From contig DAME01000025.1 in NCBI GenBank assembly GCA_002499545.1, positions 6,911 through 70,910 of the forward strand: a stretch of 64,000 nucleotides of DNA, written 5' to 3'. Each line of letters starts with the position of its first letter. The stretch's first letter is position 1. Below the pieces are notes generated by a model that was not told the DNA's origin, did not search any database, and saw only the letters and a program-made list of their open reading frames with translations. This document shows, one piece after another, positions 6,766 through 16,234 of the stretch. Origin of the DNA: Euryarchaeota archaeon UBA88 (GTDB lineage: Archaea; Thermoplasmatota; Poseidoniia; Poseidoniales; Poseidoniaceae). A program made the translations under genes and the position numbers.

Positions 6766-9513
6766 ATGAGTATCGTCATCGTGGCCGAGAAACCGAGTGT
6801 TGCGAATGATATTGCTCAGGTTCTCGGTGCTTCTCAAAAGCACGACACACATTGGGAAGGTAACGGCCTTTTGGTCACGTGGGCCATCGGACATTTGCTT
6901 CAACTAAAGTACATGGACGATTACGATGAGGCATTCAAGGACTGGAGAAAAACGGTCGACAGGTTACCCTACATTCCTGAATCCTTTGAGTACAAGCCAA
7001 TCGGTGGTCGAGGTAAAAAACAACTCCAAGCAATCACAAAACTCATCAAAACCAAAGAAGTGACAGAAATCGTCAATGCGTGTGACGCAGCACGAGAAGG
7101 TGAACTGATTTTCAGAACCATTGTTCAACATTCGAAATCCTCTACTCCAACATCGCGAATGTGGCTTCAGTCAATGACAACTGATTCCATCATGAATGCT
7201 TGGGATTCTCGCCAAAAAGGCGAAGAATACAACGATTTGCGCGATGCTGCATATTCCCGTTCAGAAGCCGATTGGATTATTGGAATGAACGGCTCACGTA
7301 TAGCAAATTCATTTCTCCCGCGCAAGAAAAACGAACGTTCCGCAATCTCCCTTGGGCGTGTTCAAACCGCAACACTGGCGATGATTGTGAACCACGAAAT
7401 CAGCGTCTTGAGTCACATTCCACTGCCGTTCTGGCAGTTAGAAGCTGTGTTCGAGTCCGGTGAGGCGTCGTGGAATGCTCGATGGGAGCGCTCCAACCAT
7501 GTAGACGACCCGGACCAACCAGATTACAAAGCCCACAGAATTGTCGAACAGGCAGAACATGACCGCTTGATGGAGATACTCAAATCTGGTAAAAAAGCAG
7601 ATGTGAAACAGTCTCAAAGGGACTCGGTAGAAAAACCACCGCTCAATTTTGATTTGACCAGCCTACAACGGGAAGCCAATAACTTGTTCAGTTGGTCTGC
7701 TAAGAGAACTTTAGGTATTGCTCAAGACCTTTACGACCGGCATAAATTAACCACCTACCCACGTACCGACTCACGGCATTTGCCTGAAGACATGCATGAG
7801 CAAATCGCCAAAACGATACGTCAACTCGGTGCACAAGACGACTACAACAGCCACTCAAAGCGAATCATCGACGATGGAATGAAAAACGCTGGACGAAACT
7901 TCAACAATGACAAAGTCAGTGATCACTTCGCCATCATTCCTACGGGGAAACTTCCAGAGGGTGGTTTGAGTCCAGACCACGTCCGCTTGTACGACCTTAT
8001 CGTTCGTACATTCCTTGCCTCATGGCATCCTGAAGCAACTTGGGATGTACAAAAGCGAACAGCAGTTCTTGATGGTGAGCAGTTCATAAAAGAAGCCAGA
8101 ACACTGAAGATCCCAGGATGGAGAGCAGTCCGACCGAAGAAACAGGATCTTCCTGATGGTTGGAATGTCCTGCCATCCAATCCTTGTGAAGCCGGTGTCC
8201 CATCATACGAATTCCGCGAAGAGCGGTCCAAACCTAAGGGCCGGTTAAAGGAAGCAGGACTTTTGCGCTTGATGGAGCATGCTGGAAAGCAAGTCGACGA
8301 TGAAGCGTTGGCTTCGGCCATGAAAGAGAAGGGATTAGGTACACCTGCAACTCGGGCAGACACTATTGAGAAGCTTGTCGATCGTGGATACATTCTCCGT
8401 TCAAAGGGTGGAAGTATTAGTGCGACTCCACACGGCATACGCATCATCGATGTGTTGAAGCGAATTCCAGTCGAATGGATTACTTCGCCGGAGATGACCG
8501 GTGAGATGGAAGCATCACTTCTAAGGGTTCAGCGAGGAGAGGAGCCTCGTGAGACATACATGAACGCCGTCATCGAGCAAACGCAAACGATGGTTGAGCG
8601 TATCAAAAATCACGACCGTTCAACGCTCTACTTGGATGTCGAGCCTATTGGAGCGTGCCCTGAATGCCAGTCATCAATTCTAGAAACTACGCTGTCCTAT
8701 CAGTGTGAAAAGAATGAAGGAAGGGACAAAGGTTGTTCCTTTGTCTTTTGGAAAGACACTTGTGGTCGCTGGTTTGACCATTCTACTGCTTCACGCTTGC
8801 TGGAAAAGAAGCAGATTGAAGACCTTCATGGATTTTTTAACAGAGCAGGCGAACCCTATGTTGCATCTGTAAAGATTGGTGCGGCTGGTAAGGTCGAGTT
8901 CATTGGTGGAGGGGAATCATCTACCGATGCGTCCGATGAACCAGTCTGTGCGTGTCCTGCTTGTGACCATGGAACCATTCGAATTGGTCAAACCATGTAT
9001 GCGTGTGACCACGAGGAGTGTAAATTCCGTGGACTCTCGAAAGAAATGTGCAAACGCCCAATTACTGTCGGTGAGGCAAAGAGTATCATGGAAAATGGAA
9101 AATCAGAACTCCTAGAAGACTTCACATCGAAAAGAGGTAAACCGTTCAAGGCATTTTTGGTGTTCGACAAAACACGTGTTAAGTTCGAATTTCCACCCCG
9201 TGAAGCTGCTGCAGATGCTACGAGATTCCCCGTTGTCGAAGGTGTTGTCGCTGTGTGCCCTAAAACAAAGGTGAACATCGTCGAAACCGAAACGCATTAC
9301 CAACCTGAAGAGGGATCTACTGGTTGCTCAATACAAATTTTGAGAGAAATATCGAAGCGAACAATTACTCGGGAGGAGGCAAAAATTCTCATTGAAAAAA
9401 GAGAAGTCGGCCCCTTTGATGATTTCATATCGAAAAAGACCAACAGGGAGTTTGCCGCGACCCTCTATCTCAAGAAGAACGAATCGATTGGATACCGATT
9501 TGCTAAGCGCTAA
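6766..9513 (+). CDS. topA: DNA topoisomerase IA (archaeal Topo I/III type) with C-terminal zinc-ribbon repeats
   Basis: Toprim N-terminus MSIVIVAEKPSVANDIA and the type-IA active-site region DLTSLQREAN...YPRTDS. The C-terminus has several C-x2-C...C-x2-C zinc ribbons. 915 aa. Confidence 0.85.
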   Translation: MSIVIVAEKPSVANDIAQVLGASQKHDTHWEGNGLLVTWAIGHLLQLKYMDDYDEAFKDWRKTVDRLPYIPESFEYKPIGGRGKKQLQAITKLIKTKEVTEIVNACDAAREGELIFRTIVQHSKSSTPTSRMWLQSMTTDSIMNAWDSRQKGEEYNDLRDAAYSRSEADWIIGMNGSRIANSFLPRKKNERSAISLGRVQTATLAMIVNHEISVLSHIPLPFWQLEAVFESGEASWNARWERSNHVDDPDQPDYKAHRIVEQAEHDRLMEILKSGKKADVKQSQRDSVEKPPLNFDLTSLQREANNLFSWSAKRTLGIAQDLYDRHKLTTYPRTDSRHLPEDMHEQIAKTIRQLGAQDDYNSHSKRIIDDGMKNAGRNFNNDKVSDHFAIIPTGKLPEGGLSPDHVRLYDLIVRTFLASWHPEATWDVQKRTAVLDGEQFIKEARTLKIPGWRAVRPKKQDLPDGWNVLPSNPCEAGVPSYEFREERSKPKGRLKEAGLLRLMEHAGKQVDDEALASAMKEKGLGTPATRADTIEKLVDRGYILRSKGGSISATPHGIRIIDVLKRIPVEWITSPEMTGEMEASLLRVQRGEEPRETYMNAVIEQTQTMVERIKNHDRSTLYLDVEPIGACPECQSSILETTLSYQCEKNEGRDKGCSFVFWKDTCGRWFDHSTASRLLEKKQIEDLHGFFNRAGEPYVASVKIGAAGKVEFIGGGESSTDASDEPVCACPACDHGTIRIGQTMYACDHEECKFRGLSKEMCKRPITVGEAKSIMENGKSELLEDFTSKRGKPFKAFLVFDKTRVKFEFPPREAAADATRFPVVEGVVAVCPKTKVNIVETETHYQPEEGSTGCSIQILREISKRTITREEAKILIEKREVGPFDDFISKKTNREFAATLYLKKNESIGYRFAKR

Positions 9514-9547
9514 TCCCGTATTTCAATCACATTGAGAGCGAAGGTTG

Positions 9548-10789
9548 ATGTCCCCGTATTCCCCGCTTCAATCCATGAAGCAGTCCGTTTGGGATGTCAT
9601 CATCGTCGGGGCAGGCCCGACTGGAGGGCGTGCTGCGACACATTTGGCTTCACTCGGTCACTCCGTTCTGATGCTTGAAGAGCATTCGGAAATTGGTCGT
9701 CCTTTCCAATGCGCTGGACTTGTAACGCCAAAGGCCCTGCATGAGGTAGGTCTGTATGATTCAATACTGGAGGAAGTTGATGGCGCTCGAATCCACGGTC
9801 CAAGTGGAACCTTGGTTCCCGTTGGGACTGATGGGAAACTACGAACGTATGTGGTGTGTCGAAAGAAATTCGACCAGGGAGTGGTTCAACAAGCAATGGA
9901 AGCAGGAGCAACACTGTGGCTTGATTCTCGACCAGTATCTGCGGACATCACTGATGAAAAGGTGACCATGATGGTAGAATCCGAAGGCATAGAAATTTCT
10001 TTGGAAGCAAAATTACTGATTGGTTGTGATGGAGCGCACAGCTGGACTCGTAGAACATTCAAGATGGGACGTCCAAAGGAACTGATGATCGGTTTTCAAG
10101 CTGAGGTCCTCGGATTCAACGGCAAAGACCGATGGTTGGAAATGTACAGTGGATCTCAAATCGCACCAGGATTCTTCGCTTGGGTCATTCCGTCAGGTTT
10201 CGGCAGTCATCGTATAGGAATTTGGTCGACAGCCGATCGTCTCAATGGTCGAAGCGTCGAACAATGCTATGATGACTTACTCAAACATCCTCTTTGGAAG
10301 CATCGATTTGAGGGCGTTCAAGAGGTTGCCCGATACTGTGGTCCCGTACCAAGCGGCATGATTCGTAAGCCAGTAGGAAATCGAGTGATGCTCTTGGGTG
10401 ATGCTGCAGGTATGGCCAAGCCAACAACGGGTGGAGGTATTGGCCCGGGCTTCAAACAAATCAAGGGAATTCTCCACCCGCTCTCTAAAGCAATCGATGA
10501 AGACAAACTTTCAGAAAAGAATCTGAAAAGTATCACTTCAAAGCACTTCAATGCGATGAAAAAAGACCAGGATAAGGCGAGAGCTCTTCGAAACCTTTTG
10601 GTCAGTGATGCAACAGATTCAGAACTGGATAAGCACTTTGAAAATTTTGCGAAACCGGAAGTTTTGAAACTCATCAACGAAATAGGTGACATCGAAAAAC
10701 CCGTACCTCTCGGCATGGCACTGCTGAGAAAAGTTCCTGCATTCCGCAAACTGGCGCTGCGTGCTGGTACCAGACTTTTGTTTCGATAG
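9548..10789 (+). CDS. Geranylgeranyl reductase family FAD-dependent oxidoreductase (digeranylgeranylglycerophospholipid reductase-like)
   Basis: Motifs DVIIVGAGPTGGRAATHLA (FAD-binding GxGxxG), GCDGAHSWTRR and LLGDAAGMAKPTTGGGI. About 410 aa. The track start is TTG at 9545; the ATG is at 9548. Confidence 0.78.
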   Translation: MSPYSPLQSMKQSVWDVIIVGAGPTGGRAATHLASLGHSVLMLEEHSEIGRPFQCAGLVTPKALHEVGLYDSILEEVDGARIHGPSGTLVPVGTDGKLRTYVVCRKKFDQGVVQQAMEAGATLWLDSRPVSADITDEKVTMMVESEGIEISLEAKLLIGCDGAHSWTRRTFKMGRPKELMIGFQAEVLGFNGKDRWLEMYSGSQIAPGFFAWVIPSGFGSHRIGIWSTADRLNGRSVEQCYDDLLKHPLWKHRFEGVQEVARYCGPVPSGMIRKPVGNRVMLLGDAAGMAKPTTGGGIGPGFKQIKGILHPLSKAIDEDKLSEKNLKSITSKHFNAMKKDQDKARALRNLLVSDATDSELDKHFENFAKPEVLKLINEIGDIEKPVPLGMALLRKVPAFRKLALRAGTRLLFR

Positions 10790-10800
10790 GCCGTGATGCA

Positions 10801-11946
10801 ATGCCAAAATTACAACTTGAGCAGCGCGTACGTTACCCACCATTTGAGTCACACAGATTCAAGCCAACACAACTACCTATAGCCAGTGAAATTATCGTCA
10901 TCAAAAAAGGCACTATGAAGGAGATTGAGCAAACACTCAAACAACAAATGCCGGGTTTCACCCTCGGAAACGAGCAATCGTGGTTGGTCGAGCAGCGGTA
11001 CTTGGTTAACGATAAAATCTACGATGATTCAACCATCGTACGTAAGCAAAACATACGTGAATCCAGCAAAAAGCCACTCGCTGTAAAACAACAACGGCAA
11101 GGCTGGTACCTCACCCCGAATCCGATTCATGCTGGTGTTCGGAAGTTCATTTCAGGGGCTGTAGTCGTCCTCTTAGTGACGCTTGGTTATTTGTTCATCG
11201 AACCAGTACTTGCATCGATTGGGATTCCTGGAATTGGTACGAGCACTGTACGAATCGGCCTGCTTGATTATCCGATGCTTGCCGTACTTCTTATTCCGCT
11301 GTTGTTTTTTCCACTCATGTTGCGAGTGGCTGCTAACTTGAGTGACCTCCTACAGCAGCGTTTTTTCCTCAAATCATCGCCAAAAGATCCAATCGTGAAA
11401 CTTCTCGCAGAACCAGTGGCAGGAAAGCCGTTGGAATTTTCTATTGAGATGGAAGAGATTCGTGACGACTGGAGGAATATTTCAATTACTTGGAGGGTTG
11501 GTGCACTACCACCATCCCGCAGCAGCTTATTCAACGCCTTAGGTAGAACCATTTCAAAGCAACCGCCACCTGGCTTGACCACTGAATTACCGCATCATTG
11601 GGATGTCGGGTTGGATGACGGAACTGGTGGAGGAGAAGATGCTCCAATGGAAGACAGGGAAGTCAAGGGTGGATTGTTTCTCCGACCAATGCGTGCAATG
11701 GAATTTGGTGAAAAGAAAACCATTGCATCCGGAGCAATGAGTCTCAAGGAGCCCAGTCTCGATTGGCCGGGCACGATTTCCAGTGATCTCATACGGATTC
11801 ACTGGGAGATGATCGTATCGATTGAGCGCGAAACTAAAGGGAATTTACTTTGGGTTATGCCTATAGCTGTCAGCCATCAAACCCGAACGGCGAGTATCCC
11901 GGTGATCCCAACAAATGACGGTCGAACGGAATCTGACTCTGTTTGA
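10801..11946 (+). CDS. Hypothetical membrane protein
   Basis: 381-aa ORF with 2-3 predicted TM helices (VVVLLVTLGYLFIEPVLASIGIPGIG; LAVLLIPLLFFPLMLRV). No recognised family. Confidence 0.45.
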   Translation: MPKLQLEQRVRYPPFESHRFKPTQLPIASEIIVIKKGTMKEIEQTLKQQMPGFTLGNEQSWLVEQRYLVNDKIYDDSTIVRKQNIRESSKKPLAVKQQRQGWYLTPNPIHAGVRKFISGAVVVLLVTLGYLFIEPVLASIGIPGIGTSTVRIGLLDYPMLAVLLIPLLFFPLMLRVAANLSDLLQQRFFLKSSPKDPIVKLLAEPVAGKPLEFSIEMEEIRDDWRNISITWRVGALPPSRSSLFNALGRTISKQPPPGLTTELPHHWDVGLDDGTGGGEDAPMEDREVKGGLFLRPMRAMEFGEKKTIASGAMSLKEPSLDWPGTISSDLIRIHWEMIVSIERETKGNLLWVMPIAVSHQTRTASIPVIPTNDGRTESDSV

Positions 11947-11988
11947 GCGAACAACATATTCAAGTCTTTCATTGGTCTACCCGGATGC

Positions 11989-14900
11989 ATGAGCAAGCGT
12001 ACCGTGACCGCTTTGATTCTCGTAGGTCTTATGTTCACATCAGGTTGCATGGGAGCAATTGAATCTGATTCGGATCTAACTGATGAACCAGAAATAGAAC
12101 TTGAATCCATTTCACTCACTGCAAGTTGGGAATTAGCACCTTCTCAAGGTCTGGTGAATGATGCACCGATTCAATTCAATGTTAAGATTCAAGCCACGGG
12201 TCAAGACTGGACCGCTTCGCCAATGATTATCTCGCCGAGCATTGAACTTGTAGCAGAATTTGAATGGGAAAAAACACCGCTCGGTTACACGCTTCAGTTG
12301 ACGCCAACTGAAATTGGTTCGTATCTTGTTCAGGTGGATTTTGCAACAACTAACGGAGCGGTATTCGCTCTCCCAATTCCTGAACCATTGACCCATACTC
12401 TGAATGTTACACCGGTTCAAGAACTCGCCCCAGTCCTGAGTGCACCTGTCGCGATTGAACTAAGTGAACCCACGATTATCTGGTTTGAAGGTAGTGTCAC
12501 CCATTCATCCATCACAACATGCACACTCGACTATTCGGTTAGGAATGGCGAAAGTGGAACTGTATTTGTACGGGATGACGGTACTTGGAAACGAATGATT
12601 GATTTTTCAGAATTAAGTGATTCTACTGCTATAACCACAACGGTAACCTGTGGAGAATTCACTGCACTCAGCGATACCGTGACAACCCAAATTTATCTTG
12701 ACAGTCCAGGCAACGACACAGATGGTGACGGTATCCTCGACCTGGTTGACCGTTGTATGGACGGTTATGGTGCCGAAGAAGGATGGGTATCGACTGATGA
12801 AAGTGATATCGACGGGGACGGTTGCAATGATTTCCATGAAGATCTGGACGACGATAATGACGGTGTTGGTGACGATTTTGATGAGTGCCCTGACTCTGTA
12901 GGTTGGGTGAGTACACCCTATGCTGACTATGATTCTGATGGGTGCCATGATGCTGATGAAGACCTTGACGATGATGGTGATGGGGTTCTTGATGAATTCG
13001 ATGATTGCCCGAGCGGACAACTTGGATGGGGTTCGAATTTTTACAGCGATCGAGATGGAGATGGATGTGCTGATTTAGACGAGGATTCTGATGACGACAA
13101 TGATGGATTAGAGGATGAACTGGATGCATGTCCAAGAGGTCAGAGCAACTGGTTCCGAAACACAAGCAGTGATTTTGATGATGATGGATGCGCTGACCAA
13201 TCGGAAGACGAGGACGATGACAACGACGGTGTCAACGATGTCAACATCACTGGCGACATGCTTGATCGATGCCCACGAACAGCACTTAACTCAACCGACG
13301 TAGATCAAAACGGCTGCTCAGCACTCCAGCGTGATACTGATCTTGATGGCGTTAATGATGCTCACGATCAGTGTGAGGGGACGCCTTCTGGATTGACGGT
13401 CAACGATGTAGGTTGTGCAGACTTGGACAACGATGGTGTGTATGCAAATGTTGACCAATGTCCTAATTCGCCTGAAAGATGGACCATTGAAATCGATGGG
13501 TGTGCTGTTATCCAGCAGCCTGTTGCTTGGAAAAGCAGTTCCCCATTGACTGGTCCGATGCAAATCGTTCCACAATTTTCTACACCAACGCTCAATGGAA
13601 CCTACTACTTCCAACAACGCTGGACTGGCTATGACGTCTACTTTTTCATGTTCAAATACACGGATGCAGATGGGAACGGAAATTCTGCAACATGGGGGCA
13701 AAACCCTGGCCCGTTCATTCGTTCGTTACCAGATAATGTTCACCTGTTCTATGGTTCGTTCGATACCACATACCACGCCGATATTCTAAATCGAAAGGCT
13801 GCGGTTGAAAATGCGCTGAACCCAAGTGAGGAAGATGCATGGGAAGGGCGAATACACTACATTGACCAACGTGCAAATGGCATCAATGGCGGGTTGGGGC
13901 AGATGATCTCCTCCTTCAACAGTCCGTTGTACATGGGCATCGACCGATTTCAAATGGCTCGGGAGACGGGTTCACTCTATGCTTGGACATCATCAAATAA
14001 CGACCCAATGCATCTCGTCCATGAGCCAAAGCAGTGGAATGCCGAATTCCCGGTAGAATCACGCAGACACGATAGCGGTATTCATGAAGTAAAACTCTGG
14101 GATTTTGACGCACACAGTGGGGGTTGGGGTGGAGGTTTTACCTCGGCCCAGACATCGATTTTACCTTCAAACATGTCTCAATTTGATACGATGGAAGTCT
14201 ACCATGAGCACGCATGCGAAGACAGAATGAACCGTCATACGAAAGCCGACGGTTCCACGGGTGGGTGCCATGAGTGGGATTATGAAGCCAATCTACGAAT
14301 TTGCGATCGAGCAAATGCATCATCGTGCGGAACAGAATTCATGAGGTGGATTACAACGTACGGTCGAGAAGGGAAATGGCTTACCGACATTTCACCCTAC
14401 CTTTTCATGCTGGAAGATGATGATAATCGAACCTTCAAGTATCGAGGAGCGAACAAGGGAGATCTGACAATCACCCTCTTACTCAGTAACTGGGGAAGTG
14501 GCTTGAGAGCTTCATCTGCAGATTTTGCCTTTACCGGCGGTCAGTTTGATGGAACGTACAACAACGAGTCAATGTATGACAGAAGCCTCAATTTTACCGT
14601 CCCCTCATGGGCGGAAAGAGTGGAGATTGTTGCCACGATAACAGGCCATGGATTCAATAAGGACAATGCCAATTGTGCAGAGTTTTGTGACCATCAACAC
14701 CATTACTACCTCAATGGATTCACGACTTATGAATGGCATCCATTGGTCTACTCCAATGAAGGATGTGAAAATGAAGTGAGTAACGGTGTGGTTGCCAATC
14801 AGTTCGGCTCATGGCCGTTTGGTCGCGCAGGCTGGTGTGCTGGTCAAGACGTCAAGCAATGGACATATGACATCACAAGTTGGAGCGACATGAGCGGTTC

Positions 14901-15030
14901 AGTCAACGAGCTTACCTACAGAGGATTGTTCAACGGTCAAGAATATCAACCATCTGATGGGATAGGAAACGGACAGCGTAACATACATGCGGAAATTTGG
15001 GTTGTGTATTACGCTGCCACTCTACAGTGA
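11989..15030 (+). CDS. Secreted/lipid-anchored acidic surface protein with TSP3 calcium-binding repeats and a C-terminal PNGase F-like peptide:N-glycanase domain
   Basis: Signal peptide plus lipobox-like LMFTSGC. At least 8 TSP3 repeats (DTDGDGILDLVDRC, DIDGDGCNDFHEDLDDDNDGVGDDFDECP...). The C-terminal roughly 300 aa align to Flavobacterium PNGase F: CHEWDYEANL vs CDEWDRYANV (Asp60), ITGHGFNKDNANCAEFC vs ISGWGHAKPYDAGSRGCAEWC (Glu206), GCENEV...FGRAGWCAG vs GCSANP...DRAGWCPG (Arg248/Trp251). The disulfide spacing is preserved. Confidence 0.8.
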   Translation: MSKRTVTALILVGLMFTSGCMGAIESDSDLTDEPEIELESISLTASWELAPSQGLVNDAPIQFNVKIQATGQDWTASPMIISPSIELVAEFEWEKTPLGYTLQLTPTEIGSYLVQVDFATTNGAVFALPIPEPLTHTLNVTPVQELAPVLSAPVAIELSEPTIIWFEGSVTHSSITTCTLDYSVRNGESGTVFVRDDGTWKRMIDFSELSDSTAITTTVTCGEFTALSDTVTTQIYLDSPGNDTDGDGILDLVDRCMDGYGAEEGWVSTDESDIDGDGCNDFHEDLDDDNDGVGDDFDECPDSVGWVSTPYADYDSDGCHDADEDLDDDGDGVLDEFDDCPSGQLGWGSNFYSDRDGDGCADLDEDSDDDNDGLEDELDACPRGQSNWFRNTSSDFDDDGCADQSEDEDDDNDGVNDVNITGDMLDRCPRTALNSTDVDQNGCSALQRDTDLDGVNDAHDQCEGTPSGLTVNDVGCADLDNDGVYANVDQCPNSPERWTIEIDGCAVIQQPVAWKSSSPLTGPMQIVPQFSTPTLNGTYYFQQRWTGYDVYFFMFKYTDADGNGNSATWGQNPGPFIRSLPDNVHLFYGSFDTTYHADILNRKAAVENALNPSEEDAWEGRIHYIDQRANGINGGLGQMISSFNSPLYMGIDRFQMARETGSLYAWTSSNNDPMHLVHEPKQWNAEFPVESRRHDSGIHEVKLWDFDAHSGGWGGGFTSAQTSILPSNMSQFDTMEVYHEHACEDRMNRHTKADGSTGGCHEWDYEANLRICDRANASSCGTEFMRWITTYGREGKWLTDISPYLFMLEDDDNRTFKYRGANKGDLTITLLLSNWGSGLRASSADFAFTGGQFDGTYNNESMYDRSLNFTVPSWAERVEIVATITGHGFNKDNANCAEFCDHQHHYYLNGFTTYEWHPLVYSNEGCENEVSNGVVANQFGSWPFGRAGWCAGQDVKQWTYDITSWSDMSGSVNELTYRGLFNGQEYQPSDGIGNGQRNIHAEIWVVYYAATLQ

Positions 15031-15040
15031 CGCACGATGC

Positions 15041-16225
15041 TTAAAATTGAGCTGGTGGGGAAGATTTCAAATCCTCAAGATTTGATGCGAGCCGAGGTGT
15101 ATCGAGTAAAACATAGTCGCTATCACGCCGTTGCGGCATAAAGCCTGCTCGAACGATGACGTTTTGAAGTTCCATTTCGGTGGCTTGGAATTTGGTGGTC
15201 CCAGAAGCGGAAACGACGTTTTCCTCCATCATGGTAGAACCGACATCGTTCGCACCACCAAACAATGCCATTTGAGCGGTCTTAATGCCCATTGTAGGCC
15301 ATGATGATTGAATATTATCGATGTTGTCAAGGAACATTCGTGACACGGCAACGTGTCGAAGATATTCTGTAGAACCTGCTCCGAGGGTGATTTTGTTTTG
15401 TCCCTTGTTCCTTTTTCCAAACGTGTTAACCTCTAGTTGAACTGGCCACGCAATGAAGGATGTGAAGCCCTTATCACCACGATTCAAGGAACGTTCTTGT
15501 AAATCACGGATGTGGCGCATGTGCTCGATTCGTTGCTCCAAAGTTTCTCCAAATCCGATTACGTTGGTCGCACTTGTTGTTAATTGCAAATCTTGGGCTT
15601 CACGCATCACTCGAAGCCAGTTTTTCGGAGAACCCTTCTTTGGAGATACATTATTGCGAACATCTTCAACCAGCATTTCAGCACCACCACCAGGTAATCC
15701 ATGCATTCCAGCAGCCTTCAGACGAGTCAAAACCTCTGATGTATCAATGCCCGTAACCTCTGCTATCCCTTCAATTTCAATGGGACTAAAACAATCAATG
15801 TCAATCGAAGGGTGACGGGAACGGAGTTCACGAAGAAGGTCCTCATACCATGAAAATGGAAGTTCCGGGTTAACCCCTCCCTGCATGAGGATACGTACCC
15901 CACCGATTGCTTCGAGTTCAGAAATCCGTTGGGATATTTGATCAATGGATTGGGTGTATGTTTCATCATGTCCGGGGGGTCGATAAAATGAACAAAACTG
16001 ACAGTTTATGGTACACACATTGGTGTAATTGATGTTACGATCAATCAGGTACGTGACCTGTTTCGGTCCGTGAAAAGCATTACGACGAAGGTGCGCAGCC
16101 GACATGAGTTCGTGAAGTGGCGCATGTGCATACAGTTCAAGTGCATCCTCTTCACTCAATCGGAAATCCGCAGAATTTTCCCGAGTCCACCGGCTCTGGA
16201 ATTCAAGAATGCGTGTCCAATTCAT
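15041..16225 (-). CDS. Radical SAM enzyme of the MqnC/MqnE/CofH family (futalosine-pathway menaquinone biosynthesis or FO-synthase-like)
   Basis: NYTNVCTINCQFCSF matches the CxxxCxFC(A/S)F cluster motif of the MqnC/MqnE/CofG/CofH radical-SAM clade. 394 aa. The sub-family cannot be resolved from sequence alone. Confidence 0.62.
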   Translation of the reverse strand: MNWTRILEFQSRWTRENSADFRLSEEDALELYAHAPLHELMSAAHLRRNAFHGPKQVTYLIDRNINYTNVCTINCQFCSFYRPPGHDETYTQSIDQISQRISELEAIGGVRILMQGGVNPELPFSWYEDLLRELRSRHPSIDIDCFSPIEIEGIAEVTGIDTSEVLTRLKAAGMHGLPGGGAEMLVEDVRNNVSPKKGSPKNWLRVMREAQDLQLTTSATNVIGFGETLEQRIEHMRHIRDLQERSLNRGDKGFTSFIAWPVQLEVNTFGKRNKGQNKITLGAGSTEYLRHVAVSRMFLDNIDNIQSSWPTMGIKTAQMALFGGANDVGSTMMEENVVSASGTTKFQATEMELQNVIVRAGFMPQRRDSDYVLLDTPRLASNLEDLKSSPPAQF

Positions 16226-16234
16226 AGGAAAACC

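Noticed and set aside
12700-13300. Possible CRISPR-like or tandem DNA repeats (gatgacgatgg...)
   Set aside because: The periodicity is that of protein-coding TSP3 calcium-binding repeats. There are no constant-length direct repeats with unique spacers and no cas genes nearby.
12613-13701. His/Gln-rich antisense ORFs (for example 12668..13165 minus, 165 aa: HHHRQGLHQHHGTHQ) and other small ORFs inside the TSP3-repeat gene
   Set aside because: They lie antisense to GAT/GAC/GGT-rich repeat codons of a well-supported 1013-aa gene. The compositional artefact produces open antisense frames.
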